Source of the DNA: Polynucleobacter sp.
Lineage (GTDB): Bacteria; Pseudomonadota; Gammaproteobacteria; Burkholderiales; Burkholderiaceae
NCBI RefSeq assembly: GCF_018500155.2
Contig: NZ_JAHBAK020000026.1
Span: forward strand, 387-64,386
Direction of reading: 5' to 3'
Length of the DNA stretch: 64,000 bases
Position numbers and translations under genes: made by a program. The number at the start of each line of letters is the position of its first letter. Positions within the stretch are counted from its first letter, which is position 1. Below are positions 1 through 8,042 of the stretch, one piece after another. The notes under the pieces are model-generated. The model did no database searches. It was not told the DNA's origin and saw only the letters and a program-made list of their open reading frames with translations.

Positions 1-1
1 C

Positions 2-472
2 GAGCCTGACATCATGACTTTGGGGAAAGGTATTGGTGGTGGCGTCCCTCTTGCAGCGTTGCTCGCTACTGATGCTGTTGCCTGTTTTGTACCGGGCGAC
101 CAAGGCGGCACCTATAACGGTAATCCTCTCATGACAGCAGTAGGTATCAGCGTGATTGAACAGTTACTAGCTCCTGGATTTTTAGAAAATGTAAGAGCCA
201 AGGGCGAACTACTCAAATCCGAATTACTCAAACTCAGCGCTGAATTTCATCTTGAAGGCGAACGTGGCGAAGGGTTGCTGCGCGCACTCATGCTAGGCAA
301 AGACATTGGCGGAAAGTTGGTGGAATTAGCCAGAGAGCGCAACCCCGAAGGTCTATTAATTAACTCACCAAGACCTAACCTATTACGCTTTATGCCTGCA
401 CTCAATATTGCTGATGACGAGATTCGTCAGATGTGCGGCATGCTACGCGAGTTACTCAAAGAAGCGGCGTAA
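2..472 (+). CDS. argD: Acetylornithine aminotransferase (class III PLP aminotransferase), 5'-truncated by window edge
   Basis: Frame is open from base 2 (EPDIMTLGKGIGGG: PLP-lysine motif), with GTYNGNPL and LLRFMPAL motifs; stop at 470-472. Confidence 0.85.
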   Translation, partial: EPDIMTLGKGIGGGVPLAALLATDAVACFVPGDQGGTYNGNPLMTAVGISVIEQLLAPGFLENVRAKGELLKSELLKLSAEFHLEGERGEGLLRALMLGKDIGGKLVELARERNPEGLLINSPRPNLLRFMPALNIADDEIRQMCGMLRELLKEAA

Positions 473-495
473 AGCGCGAGTGATTACGCCTTTGA
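466..495 (+). terminator. Possible intrinsic terminator between convergent argD and livF
   Basis: GGCGTAA (466-472) / TTACGCC (484-490) stem, 11-nt loop, followed by TTTGATTT. Confidence 0.35.
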
Positions 496-505
496 TTTGG
501 TGGGT

Positions 506-1219
506 TTACTCACCCAAGTAGGCAGTACGTACACGCGGATCTTGCAGTAGCTCCTGTCCAGAACCAGACAGGGTAATCAAGCCGCTTTCCATCACATAAG
601 CCCGATCAGCCATTTGTAGTGCAAGACGGGCATTTTGCTCGACCAATAAGATGGTCATTCCTTTTGACGACAGATTACGAATAACATCGAAAATCGTCTC
701 CACCATGATTGGGGAGAGTCCCATCGACGGTTCATCAAGCAATAAAAGCTTTGGTTGCGCCATCATGGCACGACCCATTGCCACCATTTGTTGCTCGCCA
801 CCAGAGAGCGTCCCGGCTAACTGAGATAAACGCTCTTTCAATCTTGGGAAATACGTAAAGACTTCCTCGAGCTTTTGATGCACAACTTTTGCATCTGTTT
901 TTAGAAAAGCGCCCATTTGTAAATTCTCAAGAATCGTCATACGCTTAAACACTCCGCGACCCTCAGGGACAAGACCAAGACCCAGCTTCACCAAATCATA
1001 GGCCGGCAATTGATTGACGCTCTGACCTAAAAAATCAATAACGCCTGAGGCCGGGGTCAATAATCCTGCAATCGCTTTTAGACTTGAACTCTTACCGGCG
1101 CCGTTTGCCCCAATTAAGGCAACTAGTTCACCTTGATTGACATGAAGGTCGATGCCCTTCACAGCATTAATGCCGCCATAGGAAACCCGAAGGTCTTGCA
1201 CTTGGAGTATGGCGCTCAT
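506..1219 (-). CDS. livF: Branched-chain amino acid ABC transporter ATP-binding protein
   Basis: Walker A GANGAGKS, LSGGEQQMVAMGRAMM, LLLLDEPSMGLSP, RVRTAYLG terminus. Confidence 0.93.
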   Translation of the reverse strand: MSAILQVQDLRVSYGGINAVKGIDLHVNQGELVALIGANGAGKSSSLKAIAGLLTPASGVIDFLGQSVNQLPAYDLVKLGLGLVPEGRGVFKRMTILENLQMGAFLKTDAKVVHQKLEEVFTYFPRLKERLSQLAGTLSGGEQQMVAMGRAMMAQPKLLLLDEPSMGLSPIMVETIFDVIRNLSSKGMTILLVEQNARLALQMADRAYVMESGLITLSGSGQELLQDPRVRTAYLGE

Positions 1220-1992
1220 TACACAGCCCCCTGTCCAAGATAGGCCTTAATGACCTCTGGATGCGCGCGAACATCCGCTGGCTTACCTGTAGCAATTACT
1301 TTTCCATAATCTAATACGGTCAAGCTATCGCAAATTCCCATGACCAAACTCACATCATGCTCAATCAACAAGATGGTCTTGCCATCAGCCCGAATGCGAA
1401 GCAGTAGCTCACGAAGTTCCAACTTCTCAGTAGCATTCATACCAGCAGCAGGCTCATCTAATGCTAAAAGTTTTGGCTCGGTAGCAAGCGCTCTCGCAAT
1501 CTCCAGGCGACGTTGGTGACCATAAGAGAGGTTACGTGCCTGCATATCTGCGTATTCACTGAGGCCGACATACTGTAGCAATGAAAGTGACTTTTCACGA
1601 ATCGCTTTTTCTTCACGCAATGTCGAAGGAAAGCGAAAGATAGCGCCTAATAAACCCGCATGAGAGCGGCAATGACAACCCACCATCACATTTTCTAAAA
1701 CAGTCATCTCACCAAAAAGACGAATATTCTGAAAAGTTCTTGCAAGCCCCGATTGAGTGACTTTTGCAACGGATTGGGGGAAATAGTCTTTGCCGTCAAA
1801 TAAAAATATGCCTGAGTCTGCTGGATACAAACCTGTAATGACATTAAAGAAAGTGGTTTTACCTGCGCCATTAGGACCAATTAATCCAACGATCGCGCCT
1901 TGAGGCACTTGCAAGCCAACTGAGTCCAAAGCCTGAACACCGCCAAATCGTTTTGAAACATCACTCACATCTAAAAGCAGTTGGGTAGTCAT
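1219..1992 (-). CDS. livG: Branched-chain amino acid ABC transporter ATP-binding protein
   Basis: GPNGAGKTT, ARTFQNIRLF, LSYGHQRRLEIARALA, VIKAYLG. Start placed at ATG 1992, which overlaps the livM stop (ATGA), rather than 2016. Confidence 0.92.
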   Translation of the reverse strand: MTTQLLLDVSDVSKRFGGVQALDSVGLQVPQGAIVGLIGPNGAGKTTFFNVITGLYPADSGIFLFDGKDYFPQSVAKVTQSGLARTFQNIRLFGEMTVLENVMVGCHCRSHAGLLGAIFRFPSTLREEKAIREKSLSLLQYVGLSEYADMQARNLSYGHQRRLEIARALATEPKLLALDEPAAGMNATEKLELRELLLRIRADGKTILLIEHDVSLVMGICDSLTVLDYGKVIATGKPADVRAHPEVIKAYLGQGAV

Positions 1993-3080
1993 GATTGGCT
2001 GCCCCTTTTTTGCCAAATGCCACCAGGGCGATAGAGCATGATCAATATCAATGCGAGACCGTAAATCAACTGACGAATCACTTCCACATCCACAATCACT
2101 TGACCAAATAGTGCTTTTTGAATTGGCTCAGCCACTCCACGCAAAATTTCAGGAAATACGGCAAGTACAATTGCCCCGAGAATGACGCCCGGTATATGTC
2201 CAATTCCACCCAATACCACCATCGCTAAAACGACGATGGACTCCCAAAGCGTGAATGATTCTGGCGATACAAATCCTTGAAAAGCAGAAAACAACACGCC
2301 TGCCACACCCGCAAAAGAGGCGCCAATAGCAAAGGCAAGCAATTTCATATTGCGTGTATTAATGCCCATGGCTTTCGCAGCGATTTCATCTTCACGAATG
2401 GCGATCCAAGCACGACCAATCCGTGAATTCTGAAGATGTATACATACGATCGTCACAGCAATAGCTAAAGCCAAAAAAAGATAAAAAACTAAATACAGTC
2501 CCGGAATTTGCGCAAACCCAATATCCAATGGTTTTGTGAAAGTAACGCCAAATATGGTCAATGGATCTATCGCAGTGATCCCTTTAGGCCCATTCGTTAA
2601 ATTCAATGGGCGATCGAGGTTATTCATAAAAATCCGAATAATTTCTCCAAAGCCCAGCGTGACAATGGCTAAGTAATCCCCTCGCAGTTGCAAGGTGGGC
2701 AAGCCAAGAATGATGCCAAAAAGCGCGGCCAAAATAATTGAGAAGATGACGACCATCCAAGGAGAAAAATGCATCCCTTGTGGAAATGCTGCAGCAATCG
2801 TTTCAAAGTGCTGCGGTAAGTGCGGTGATGCTAGTAACGCGTAGCTATATGCACCTAGCGCGTAGAAGGCGATGTAACCTAAATCTAGCAACCCAGCAAA
2901 ACCAACCACCACATTTAAGCCTAATGCTAGAACAATGTAGAGCAATGCAAAGTCCAGCACTCGCACCCAATAATTGCCGCCACTTGCGCCCACAATCCAA
3001 GGTAGCAATATCAATGCCACAGCACCAAGCCAAATATAAGCAGATCGATTCAGACGGTTTACCGCCAAACTCTTAAGCAC
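1989..3080 (-). CDS. livM: Branched-chain amino acid ABC transporter permease
   Basis: Multi-TM; GLLDLGYIAFYALGAY, LRGDYLAIVTLGFGEI, SRIGRAWIAIREDE motifs. Confidence 0.92.
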   Translation of the reverse strand: MLKSLAVNRLNRSAYIWLGAVALILLPWIVGASGGNYWVRVLDFALLYIVLALGLNVVVGFAGLLDLGYIAFYALGAYSYALLASPHLPQHFETIAAAFPQGMHFSPWMVVIFSIILAALFGIILGLPTLQLRGDYLAIVTLGFGEIIRIFMNNLDRPLNLTNGPKGITAIDPLTIFGVTFTKPLDIGFAQIPGLYLVFYLFLALAIAVTIVCIHLQNSRIGRAWIAIREDEIAAKAMGINTRNMKLLAFAIGASFAGVAGVLFSAFQGFVSPESFTLWESIVVLAMVVLGGIGHIPGVILGAIVLAVFPEILRGVAEPIQKALFGQVIVDVEVIRQLIYGLALILIMLYRPGGIWQKRGSQS

Positions 3081-4008
3081 GATCGGAAACCTTTTCGCCC
3101 AAAAGGCCGGTGGGACGTAATACCAAAACCAAGATCAGCACCAAGAAAGCAAAAATATCTTGATAGTTAGACCCAAAAACACCGCCCGTTAACTCTCCTA
3201 TGTAGCCAGCACCCAAAGACTCAATCAGCCCTAGCAATAAGCCACCTAGCATTGCGCCTTGTAAATTACCAATACCGCCCAACACTGCTGCAGTAAACGC
3301 CTTTAACCCAGGAATGAATCCCATATAGAAATGGACATTCCCATAGTTACTTGCAATCATGACGCCAGCCAAACCCGCTAGAGCACCACCCAACATAAAC
3401 GTAATTGAAATAACGCGATTGGGATTCACACCCATCAATGATGCAATTTGTGTTTGCTCAGCCGTTGCACGCATTGCTCTACCAAGCTTGGTTTTCTCAA
3501 CCAAAAATAGCAAACCACACATCACTATCAAAGCCGTCACAATAATCACGATTTCTTTACCTGTAATCGTGGCACCAGTAGAACCCAATTCAATAGGGTT
3601 AGAAGGCAATAACTGTGGATAGGTCATTGGATTTCTGGACCAAATCAACATGGCAATCGTTTGCAACAAAATGGACATACCAATGGCAGAAATCAAGGGC
3701 GCTAAGCGTGGCGCATTCCGCAATGGTCGATAAGCGATACGCTCAATCCAATAACTGAGGCCTGCGCAAAAAGCCATCGTCAGCGGCAACACAATGAGTA
3801 AGGTCAACCAGCCTGGTAAGTCCGCTGTCATACCCATAATGAGACGTAACAATGAAAGCGAGACCATGGCACCAATCATCAATACTTCGCCATGCGCAAA
3901 GTTAATAATGCCAAGCACCCCGTAAACCATGGTGTAGCCTAAAGCAATCAAGGCATAGATGCTACCAAGCACCAAGCCATTGACTATCTGCTGAAGAAAA
4001 ATATCCAT
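3073..4008 (-). CDS. livH: Branched-chain amino acid ABC transporter permease
   Basis: QQIVNGLVLGSIYALIALGYTMVYG, INFAHGE, KAFTAAVLGGIG motifs. Confidence 0.93.
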   Translation of the reverse strand: MDIFLQQIVNGLVLGSIYALIALGYTMVYGVLGIINFAHGEVLMIGAMVSLSLLRLIMGMTADLPGWLTLLIVLPLTMAFCAGLSYWIERIAYRPLRNAPRLAPLISAIGMSILLQTIAMLIWSRNPMTYPQLLPSNPIELGSTGATITGKEIVIIVTALIVMCGLLFLVEKTKLGRAMRATAEQTQIASLMGVNPNRVISITFMLGGALAGLAGVMIASNYGNVHFYMGFIPGLKAFTAAVLGGIGNLQGAMLGGLLLGLIESLGAGYIGELTGGVFGSNYQDIFAFLVLILVLVLRPTGLLGEKVSDRA

Positions 4009-4014
4009 GAATAA

Positions 4015-4020
4015 ATGGTA
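4015..4020 (-). promoter_or_regulatory. Putative -10 element (TACCAT) 6 nt upstream of livH ATG
   Basis: Minus strand reads TACCAT-ttattc-ATG; no SD; lies just downstream of the livK terminator. Confidence 0.35.
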
Positions 4021-4030
4021 GATGCGCTAC

Positions 4031-4062
4031 AAAAAAAGAGCACCGCATTTGCGGTGCTCTTT
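4031..4062 (-). terminator. Intrinsic terminator after livK
   Basis: 12-bp stem AAAGAGCACCGC / GCGGTGCTCTTT, 4-nt loop, 7-U tract on the minus strand. Confidence 0.8.
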
Positions 4063-4071
4063 AGCTGTGCT

Positions 4072-5259
4072 TTACATATTGATAACGTCAAGAACGGATT
4101 TCTTTTTATCTTTGAAGTCGTATAAAGTGATCACGCCTTCTTTCATATCGCCTTTGTTGTCAAAAGCAATATTGCCTACTAGGCCATTCATCTTCGTTTC
4201 TGGCATCACTACCAAAATCTTTGCAGGATCCGTAGAGTTAGCACGCTTCATTGCGTCAACGAGAACATATACAGCATCGTAGGTAAATGGTGCATAGATC
4301 TGGACATCAGAGTTAAAGCGCTCTTTGTAACGCTTCTGGAAATCAGCGCCCTGAGCCATTTTGGATAACGCTTTACCAGCCTCAGAGCAGGTCACATTCA
4401 CTACTGCATCTCCAGCCAACTCAGCTAATTTCTCTGTACACATACCATCGCCACCAACGATCTTGGCTTTAATACCCAACTCCGTTGCCTGTTTCGTCAA
4501 TGGACCGCCAGTAGCATCCATACCGCCATACATAATGACATCAGGTTTGCTGCCTTTGATTTTTGTCAGAATCGCTTTGAAATCAGTAGCTTTGTTATTA
4601 CTTGCTTCGCGCGTGACCACTTTGAGGCCTGCAGCTTTTACAGTTTTCTCAAATTCATCAGCCAAGCCTTTGCCATATTGAGTGGAGTCATCGATGATCG
4701 CCACTGTTTTCGCCTTCAGAGTATTAGCAACATAGTTACCTAAAGCAGGACCCTGTTGTGCATCAGTTGCCACGAGTCGATAAGTCGTTTTAAATCCTTG
4801 CTTGGTGTAGTCAGGATTAGTGGCAGATGGTGATATTTGGGTAATTCCAGCATCGCTATAAATTTTGGAAGCAGGAATACTTGTTCCTGAGTTGAGGTGT
4901 CCAACAACGCCAACAACTTTTGCATCCACCAATTTTTGTGCGACCTGGGTAGCGGTTTTTGGATCTTCAGCATCATCTTCTGGCACCAAGGTGAGAACAA
5001 CTTTTTTGCCATCAATCGTTAAGCCTGCCTTATTGATTTCCTCTAAAGCCAAACGAGCGCCGTTCTCATTATCTTTACCCAAGTGCGCAATTGGTCCAGT
5101 GAGTGGGGCTACGTGGCCAATTTTGACTTCTACGCCATCGGCAGGCACTGCCGCAGACTTATTGTCACCCTTGCCACATCCAACCAAAATCAATGTTGCC
5201 GCAGATAAAGCCAGCGCACTTTTTGTAAAAGTCATTTTTGACGCATTTGATTTCATCAT
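4072..5259 (-). CDS. livK: Branched-chain amino acid ABC transporter substrate-binding protein (LivK/LivJ family, lipoprotein-like signal)
   Basis: Signal peptide with ILVGC lipobox; KIGHVAPLTG, GHLNSGTSIPAS, QISPSATNP motifs; SD AAGGAG; upstream of livHMGF. Confidence 0.88.
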   Translation of the reverse strand: MMKSNASKMTFTKSALALSAATLILVGCGKGDNKSAAVPADGVEVKIGHVAPLTGPIAHLGKDNENGARLALEEINKAGLTIDGKKVVLTLVPEDDAEDPKTATQVAQKLVDAKVVGVVGHLNSGTSIPASKIYSDAGITQISPSATNPDYTKQGFKTTYRLVATDAQQGPALGNYVANTLKAKTVAIIDDSTQYGKGLADEFEKTVKAAGLKVVTREASNNKATDFKAILTKIKGSKPDVIMYGGMDATGGPLTKQATELGIKAKIVGGDGMCTEKLAELAGDAVVNVTCSEAGKALSKMAQGADFQKRYKERFNSDVQIYAPFTYDAVYVLVDAMKRANSTDPAKILVVMPETKMNGLVGNIAFDNKGDMKEGVITLYDFKDKKKSVLDVINM

Positions 5260-5288
5260 CTACCGCTCCTTTGTTATCAAGCAAAACT

Positions 5289-6230
5289 TCAGTCGACTAA
5301 ATTTTTTGGCAAGGAAAAAGTGACGTCTTCTACGACGCCAGACATTGCCCTGACACTACGAGGCCCAAACTCCTGAATTCGCGCAACAATCGCTTGCGCC
5401 AAGCTCTCTGGAGCAGAAGCCCCCGCAGTTAATCCAACCCGTTTTTTTCCGGCAAACCACTCGGGCTTTAATTGCTCTGGCGCATCCACCATGTAAGAGG
5501 GTACACCCATCTTTTCAGATAATTCACGCAAACGATTGGAGTTTGAGCTAGTCGCACTCCCAACGACAATGACTACCTCCACTTGAGGCGCCATGAATTT
5601 CACTGCATCTTGGCGATTCTGTGTTGCATAGCAAATATCTTGCTTGCGAGGCTGAACAATATTAGGGAATTTTTTTGTGAGCGCTTCAACAATTTCCTTT
5701 GTTTCATCAACCGATAAGGTGGTTTGCGTTACAAACGCAATTTTTTCATCGGCAGCAAAAGGTAACTTCCCTACATCAGTGACCTTCTCAATCAAAAAGA
5801 CACCCTCTTTAACTTGGCCCATCGTGCCTTCAACCTCGGGGTGTCCTGCATGTCCAATCATGAGTACCGTAAAGCCTTCTTTACACATTTTTATGACTTC
5901 AAGATGAACCTTAGTCACCAAGGGACAAGTAGCGTCATACACCTGGAGTCCACGCTCCTCTGCGTCTTTGCGCACCTCTTGAGAGACTCCGTGCGCGCTA
6001 AAAATCACAATGCCCCCTTTGGGAACCTCATGCAATTCATTTACAAATACAGCGCCTTTATCACGCAACTCATTCACAACATAAACGTTGTGAACAATTT
6101 CGTGACGAACGTAAATGGGTGCCCCAAAGCGATTGAGTGCTTCATTGACGATGTTAATCGCACGATCAACGCCCGCGCAAAATCCGCGTGGCTGTGCCAT
6201 CAAAATCTCTGGAGTATCTTGCATGCTCAT
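5289..6230 (-). CDS. ispH: 4-hydroxy-3-methylbut-2-enyl diphosphate reductase
   Basis: PRGFCAGVDRAI, HEIVHN, DATCPLVTKVH, DICYATQNRQ, SSNSNRL motifs. Confidence 0.97.
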   Translation of the reverse strand: MSMQDTPEILMAQPRGFCAGVDRAINIVNEALNRFGAPIYVRHEIVHNVYVVNELRDKGAVFVNELHEVPKGGIVIFSAHGVSQEVRKDAEERGLQVYDATCPLVTKVHLEVIKMCKEGFTVLMIGHAGHPEVEGTMGQVKEGVFLIEKVTDVGKLPFAADEKIAFVTQTTLSVDETKEIVEALTKKFPNIVQPRKQDICYATQNRQDAVKFMAPQVEVVIVVGSATSSNSNRLRELSEKMGVPSYMVDAPEQLKPEWFAGKKRVGLTAGASAPESLAQAIVARIQEFGPRSVRAMSGVVEDVTFSLPKNLVD

Positions 6231-6233
6231 CTT

Positions 6234-6680
6234 TTAGAGAATGGCGACAATTTGCGCTTCAAAGGTAACTGCTCGACCTGCAAGCGGATGATTGAAATCA
6301 AACCATGCGCCTTCTTCATTGATCGACTGCAATACTCCCGCGTATTGCGCGCCGCCTGGTGCATTAAATTCAATGACATCCCCCGGATGAAATTCCACAT
6401 CATCCTCACGCCCTTCTTTGAGCGCTTTCAGAGAAACCCACTGCACTAAGTCTTCTTTGCGCTCACCAAAACTCTCCTCTGGTGATAGCAGAGCACTTTT
6501 TTTATCGCCCACACCCAAACCTAACAACACTTTTTCAAAACAAGGAGCAAATTGTCCAGAGCCCATCAAAACCGTCGCAGGCCGATCAATAAAAGTATTG
6601 ATGTAATCCTCCCCATTAGGCAGAGTGAGCCTGTAATTGAGAGTCAAATAGGAATTAGGCAAAACAGTAAGCTTAGTCAT
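6234..6680 (-). CDS. fkpB: FKBP-type peptidyl-prolyl cis-trans isomerase (SlpA/FkpB-like)
   Basis: DFNHPLAG motif, GSGQFAPCFEKVLLGL; directly upstream of ispH as in other proteobacteria. Confidence 0.85.
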   Translation of the reverse strand: MTKLTVLPNSYLTLNYRLTLPNGEDYINTFIDRPATVLMGSGQFAPCFEKVLLGLGVGDKKSALLSPEESFGERKEDLVQWVSLKALKEGREDDVEFHPGDVIEFNAPGGAQYAGVLQSINEEGAWFDFNHPLAGRAVTFEAQIVAIL

Positions 6681-6686
6681 AAGCTA

Positions 6687-6692
6687 ATTGTA
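6687..6692 (-). promoter_or_regulatory. Putative -10 element (TACAAT) 6 nt upstream of fkpB ATG
   Basis: Minus strand reads TACAAT-tagctt-ATG; no SD. Confidence 0.5.
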
Positions 6693-6707
6693 TCTAGCCC
6701 TGCGTCA

Positions 6708-7406
6708 GTGGTGGACTCCCCTATCCCGCAGTGGCCCAAAAATGAACAACCACGAGAAAAACTTCGCTTGCATGGCGCAAGATGCCTGACCGATGAGGAG
6801 TTGCTTGCCATTTTTTTGCGGGTAGGGATCAAAGGTAAAAGCGCAGTAGCCTTGGCTAAAGATTTACTTCACCACTTTGGCGGCCTTCCTCGCCTATTGG
6901 CAAGCTCTCCTGATGAATTTGTCCGTATTCAAGGCATGGGAATATCTAAATGGGCGCAAATCCAGGCAGCATATGAACTGGTCAAACGCAGCCTTGAGGA
7001 TACGCTGCTTCAAGGCTCCATCTTTTCTGATCCAGGACATGTAAAGGAGTTTTTACAAGCCAAAATTGGAAGTCTGCCTCATGAAGTCTTTTTATGCCTC
7101 TATTTAGACTCATGTCTCCACTTGATAGAGTGTCAGGAGATTTTTAGGGGCTCCATCACCAAAACAGCGGTGTACCCAAGGGAAATCCTCAAAGAAGCGC
7201 TTGCCAGGAATGCCAGCGCCATCATCGTTGCCCATAATCACCCCAGCGGCAACCCACTCCCCAGCGCTGCGGATCAAGAGCTTACCCAGACCCTCATCCA
7301 AGCCCTAGCTCTTGTCGAAATTCCACTCCTAGATCACTGCATTGTCAGTAAGCGAGGATTTTTCTCTTTTTCTCAATCAGGCTTTATAAAATATGATCAA
7401 AATTGA
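6708..7406 (+). CDS. radC: RadC-family JAB domain protein
   Basis: EQPREKL, N-terminal HhH region, HEVF, AHNHPSGNPLPSAAD, LLDHCIV. Start placed at GTG 6708/6711 (about 231 aa) because the ORF-track start at 6552 overlaps fkpB. Upstream of rpmB-rpmG as is typical. Confidence 0.88.
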   Translation: MVDSPIPQWPKNEQPREKLRLHGARCLTDEELLAIFLRVGIKGKSAVALAKDLLHHFGGLPRLLASSPDEFVRIQGMGISKWAQIQAAYELVKRSLEDTLLQGSIFSDPGHVKEFLQAKIGSLPHEVFLCLYLDSCLHLIECQEIFRGSITKTAVYPREILKEALARNASAIIVAHNHPSGNPLPSAADQELTQTLIQALALVEIPLLDHCIVSKRGFFSFSQSGFIKYDQN

Positions 7407-7521
7407 TAGTAATTACTAACTTTTAATCGGCAAGCTTCCCCCTGCAACACTTTCCGAGTGAGTTTTATTCCCAAAGTCTAGTCTTGGAGCCAATTAAGAC
7501 TAGCCCAAAATAGGCTTTGAC

Positions 7522-7530
7522 TGATACAAT
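7522..7530 (+). promoter_or_regulatory. Extended -10 promoter (TGATACAAT) for rpmB-rpmG
   Basis: TG-n-TACAAT at 7522-7530, about 30 nt upstream of SD GGAG and ATG 7562. Confidence 0.55.
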
Positions 7531-7561
7531 CTTCTTTTTTCGCAATTAATGGAGTTATGTC

Positions 7562-7795
7562 ATGGCAAAAGTTTGCCAAGTCACTGGGAAGAAGCCGATG
7601 GTTGGCAACAACGTCTCCCATGCAAACAACAAAACCAAGCGTCGCTTTTTGCCAAATTTGCAAAACCGTCGTTTTTGGGTTGAATCTGAAAACCGTTGGG
7701 TTAGCTTGCGCTTAACCAATGCTGGTTTGCGCGTTATCGATAAAAATGGCATCGATGCTGTTTTGTCTGATCTTCGTGCACGCGGCGAAATTTAA
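7562..7795 (+). CDS. rpmB: 50S ribosomal protein L28
   Basis: [10 protein letters not shown]...[20 protein letters not shown]. Confidence 0.98.
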   Translation: MAKVCQVTGKKPMVGNNVSHANNKTKRRFLPNLQNRRFWVESENRWVSLRLTNAGLRVIDKNGIDAVLSDLRARGEI

Positions 7796-7806
7796 GGAGC
7801 GCACAA

Positions 7807-7974
7807 ATGGCTAAAGGCGGCAGAGAAAAAATCAAGTTAGAGTCATCAGCTGGTACTGGTCACTTTTACACCACTTCAAAAAACAAGCGTACTAAGCCTG
7901 AGAAAATGGAGATCATGAAATTTGATCCAACCATTCGCAAGCATGTCGCTTATAAAGAAACAAAATTGAAGTAA
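7807..7974 (+). CDS. rpmG: 50S ribosomal protein L33 (Zn-free type), 55 aa, not in ORF track
   Basis: Manual translation: [55 protein letters not shown]; SD AAGGAG upstream. Confidence 0.97.
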   Translation: MAKGGREKIKLESSAGTGHFYTTSKNKRTKPEKMEIMKFDPTIRKHVAYKETKLK

Positions 7975-7987
7975 ACCACTTCAAGCA

Positions 7988-8021
7988 AATAAAAAACCCG
8001 CTCTTTGGCGGGTTTTTTATT
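7988..8021. terminator. Bidirectional intrinsic terminator between rpmG and the desaturase
   Basis: Perfect 14-bp inverted repeat AATAAAAAACCCGC / GCGGGTTTTTTATT with a 6-nt loop. Confidence 0.9.
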
Positions 8022-8042
8022 AACTCAAATTTTGAAAGTGCA

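Noticed and set aside
4865-6449. Longer shadow ORFs (4865-5323, 5814-6449; likewise 16351-16773, 22188-22562, 40232-40795)
   Set aside because: They lie entirely over well-supported genes on the opposite strand or in another frame, with Ser/Thr/Ala-rich composition typical of non-coding frames.
6708-7406. radC/JAB as a marker of a mobile element or anti-restriction module
   Set aside because: It is the full-length form with the N-terminal HhH region, in the canonical chromosomal position before rpmB-rpmG, with no mobile genes nearby.
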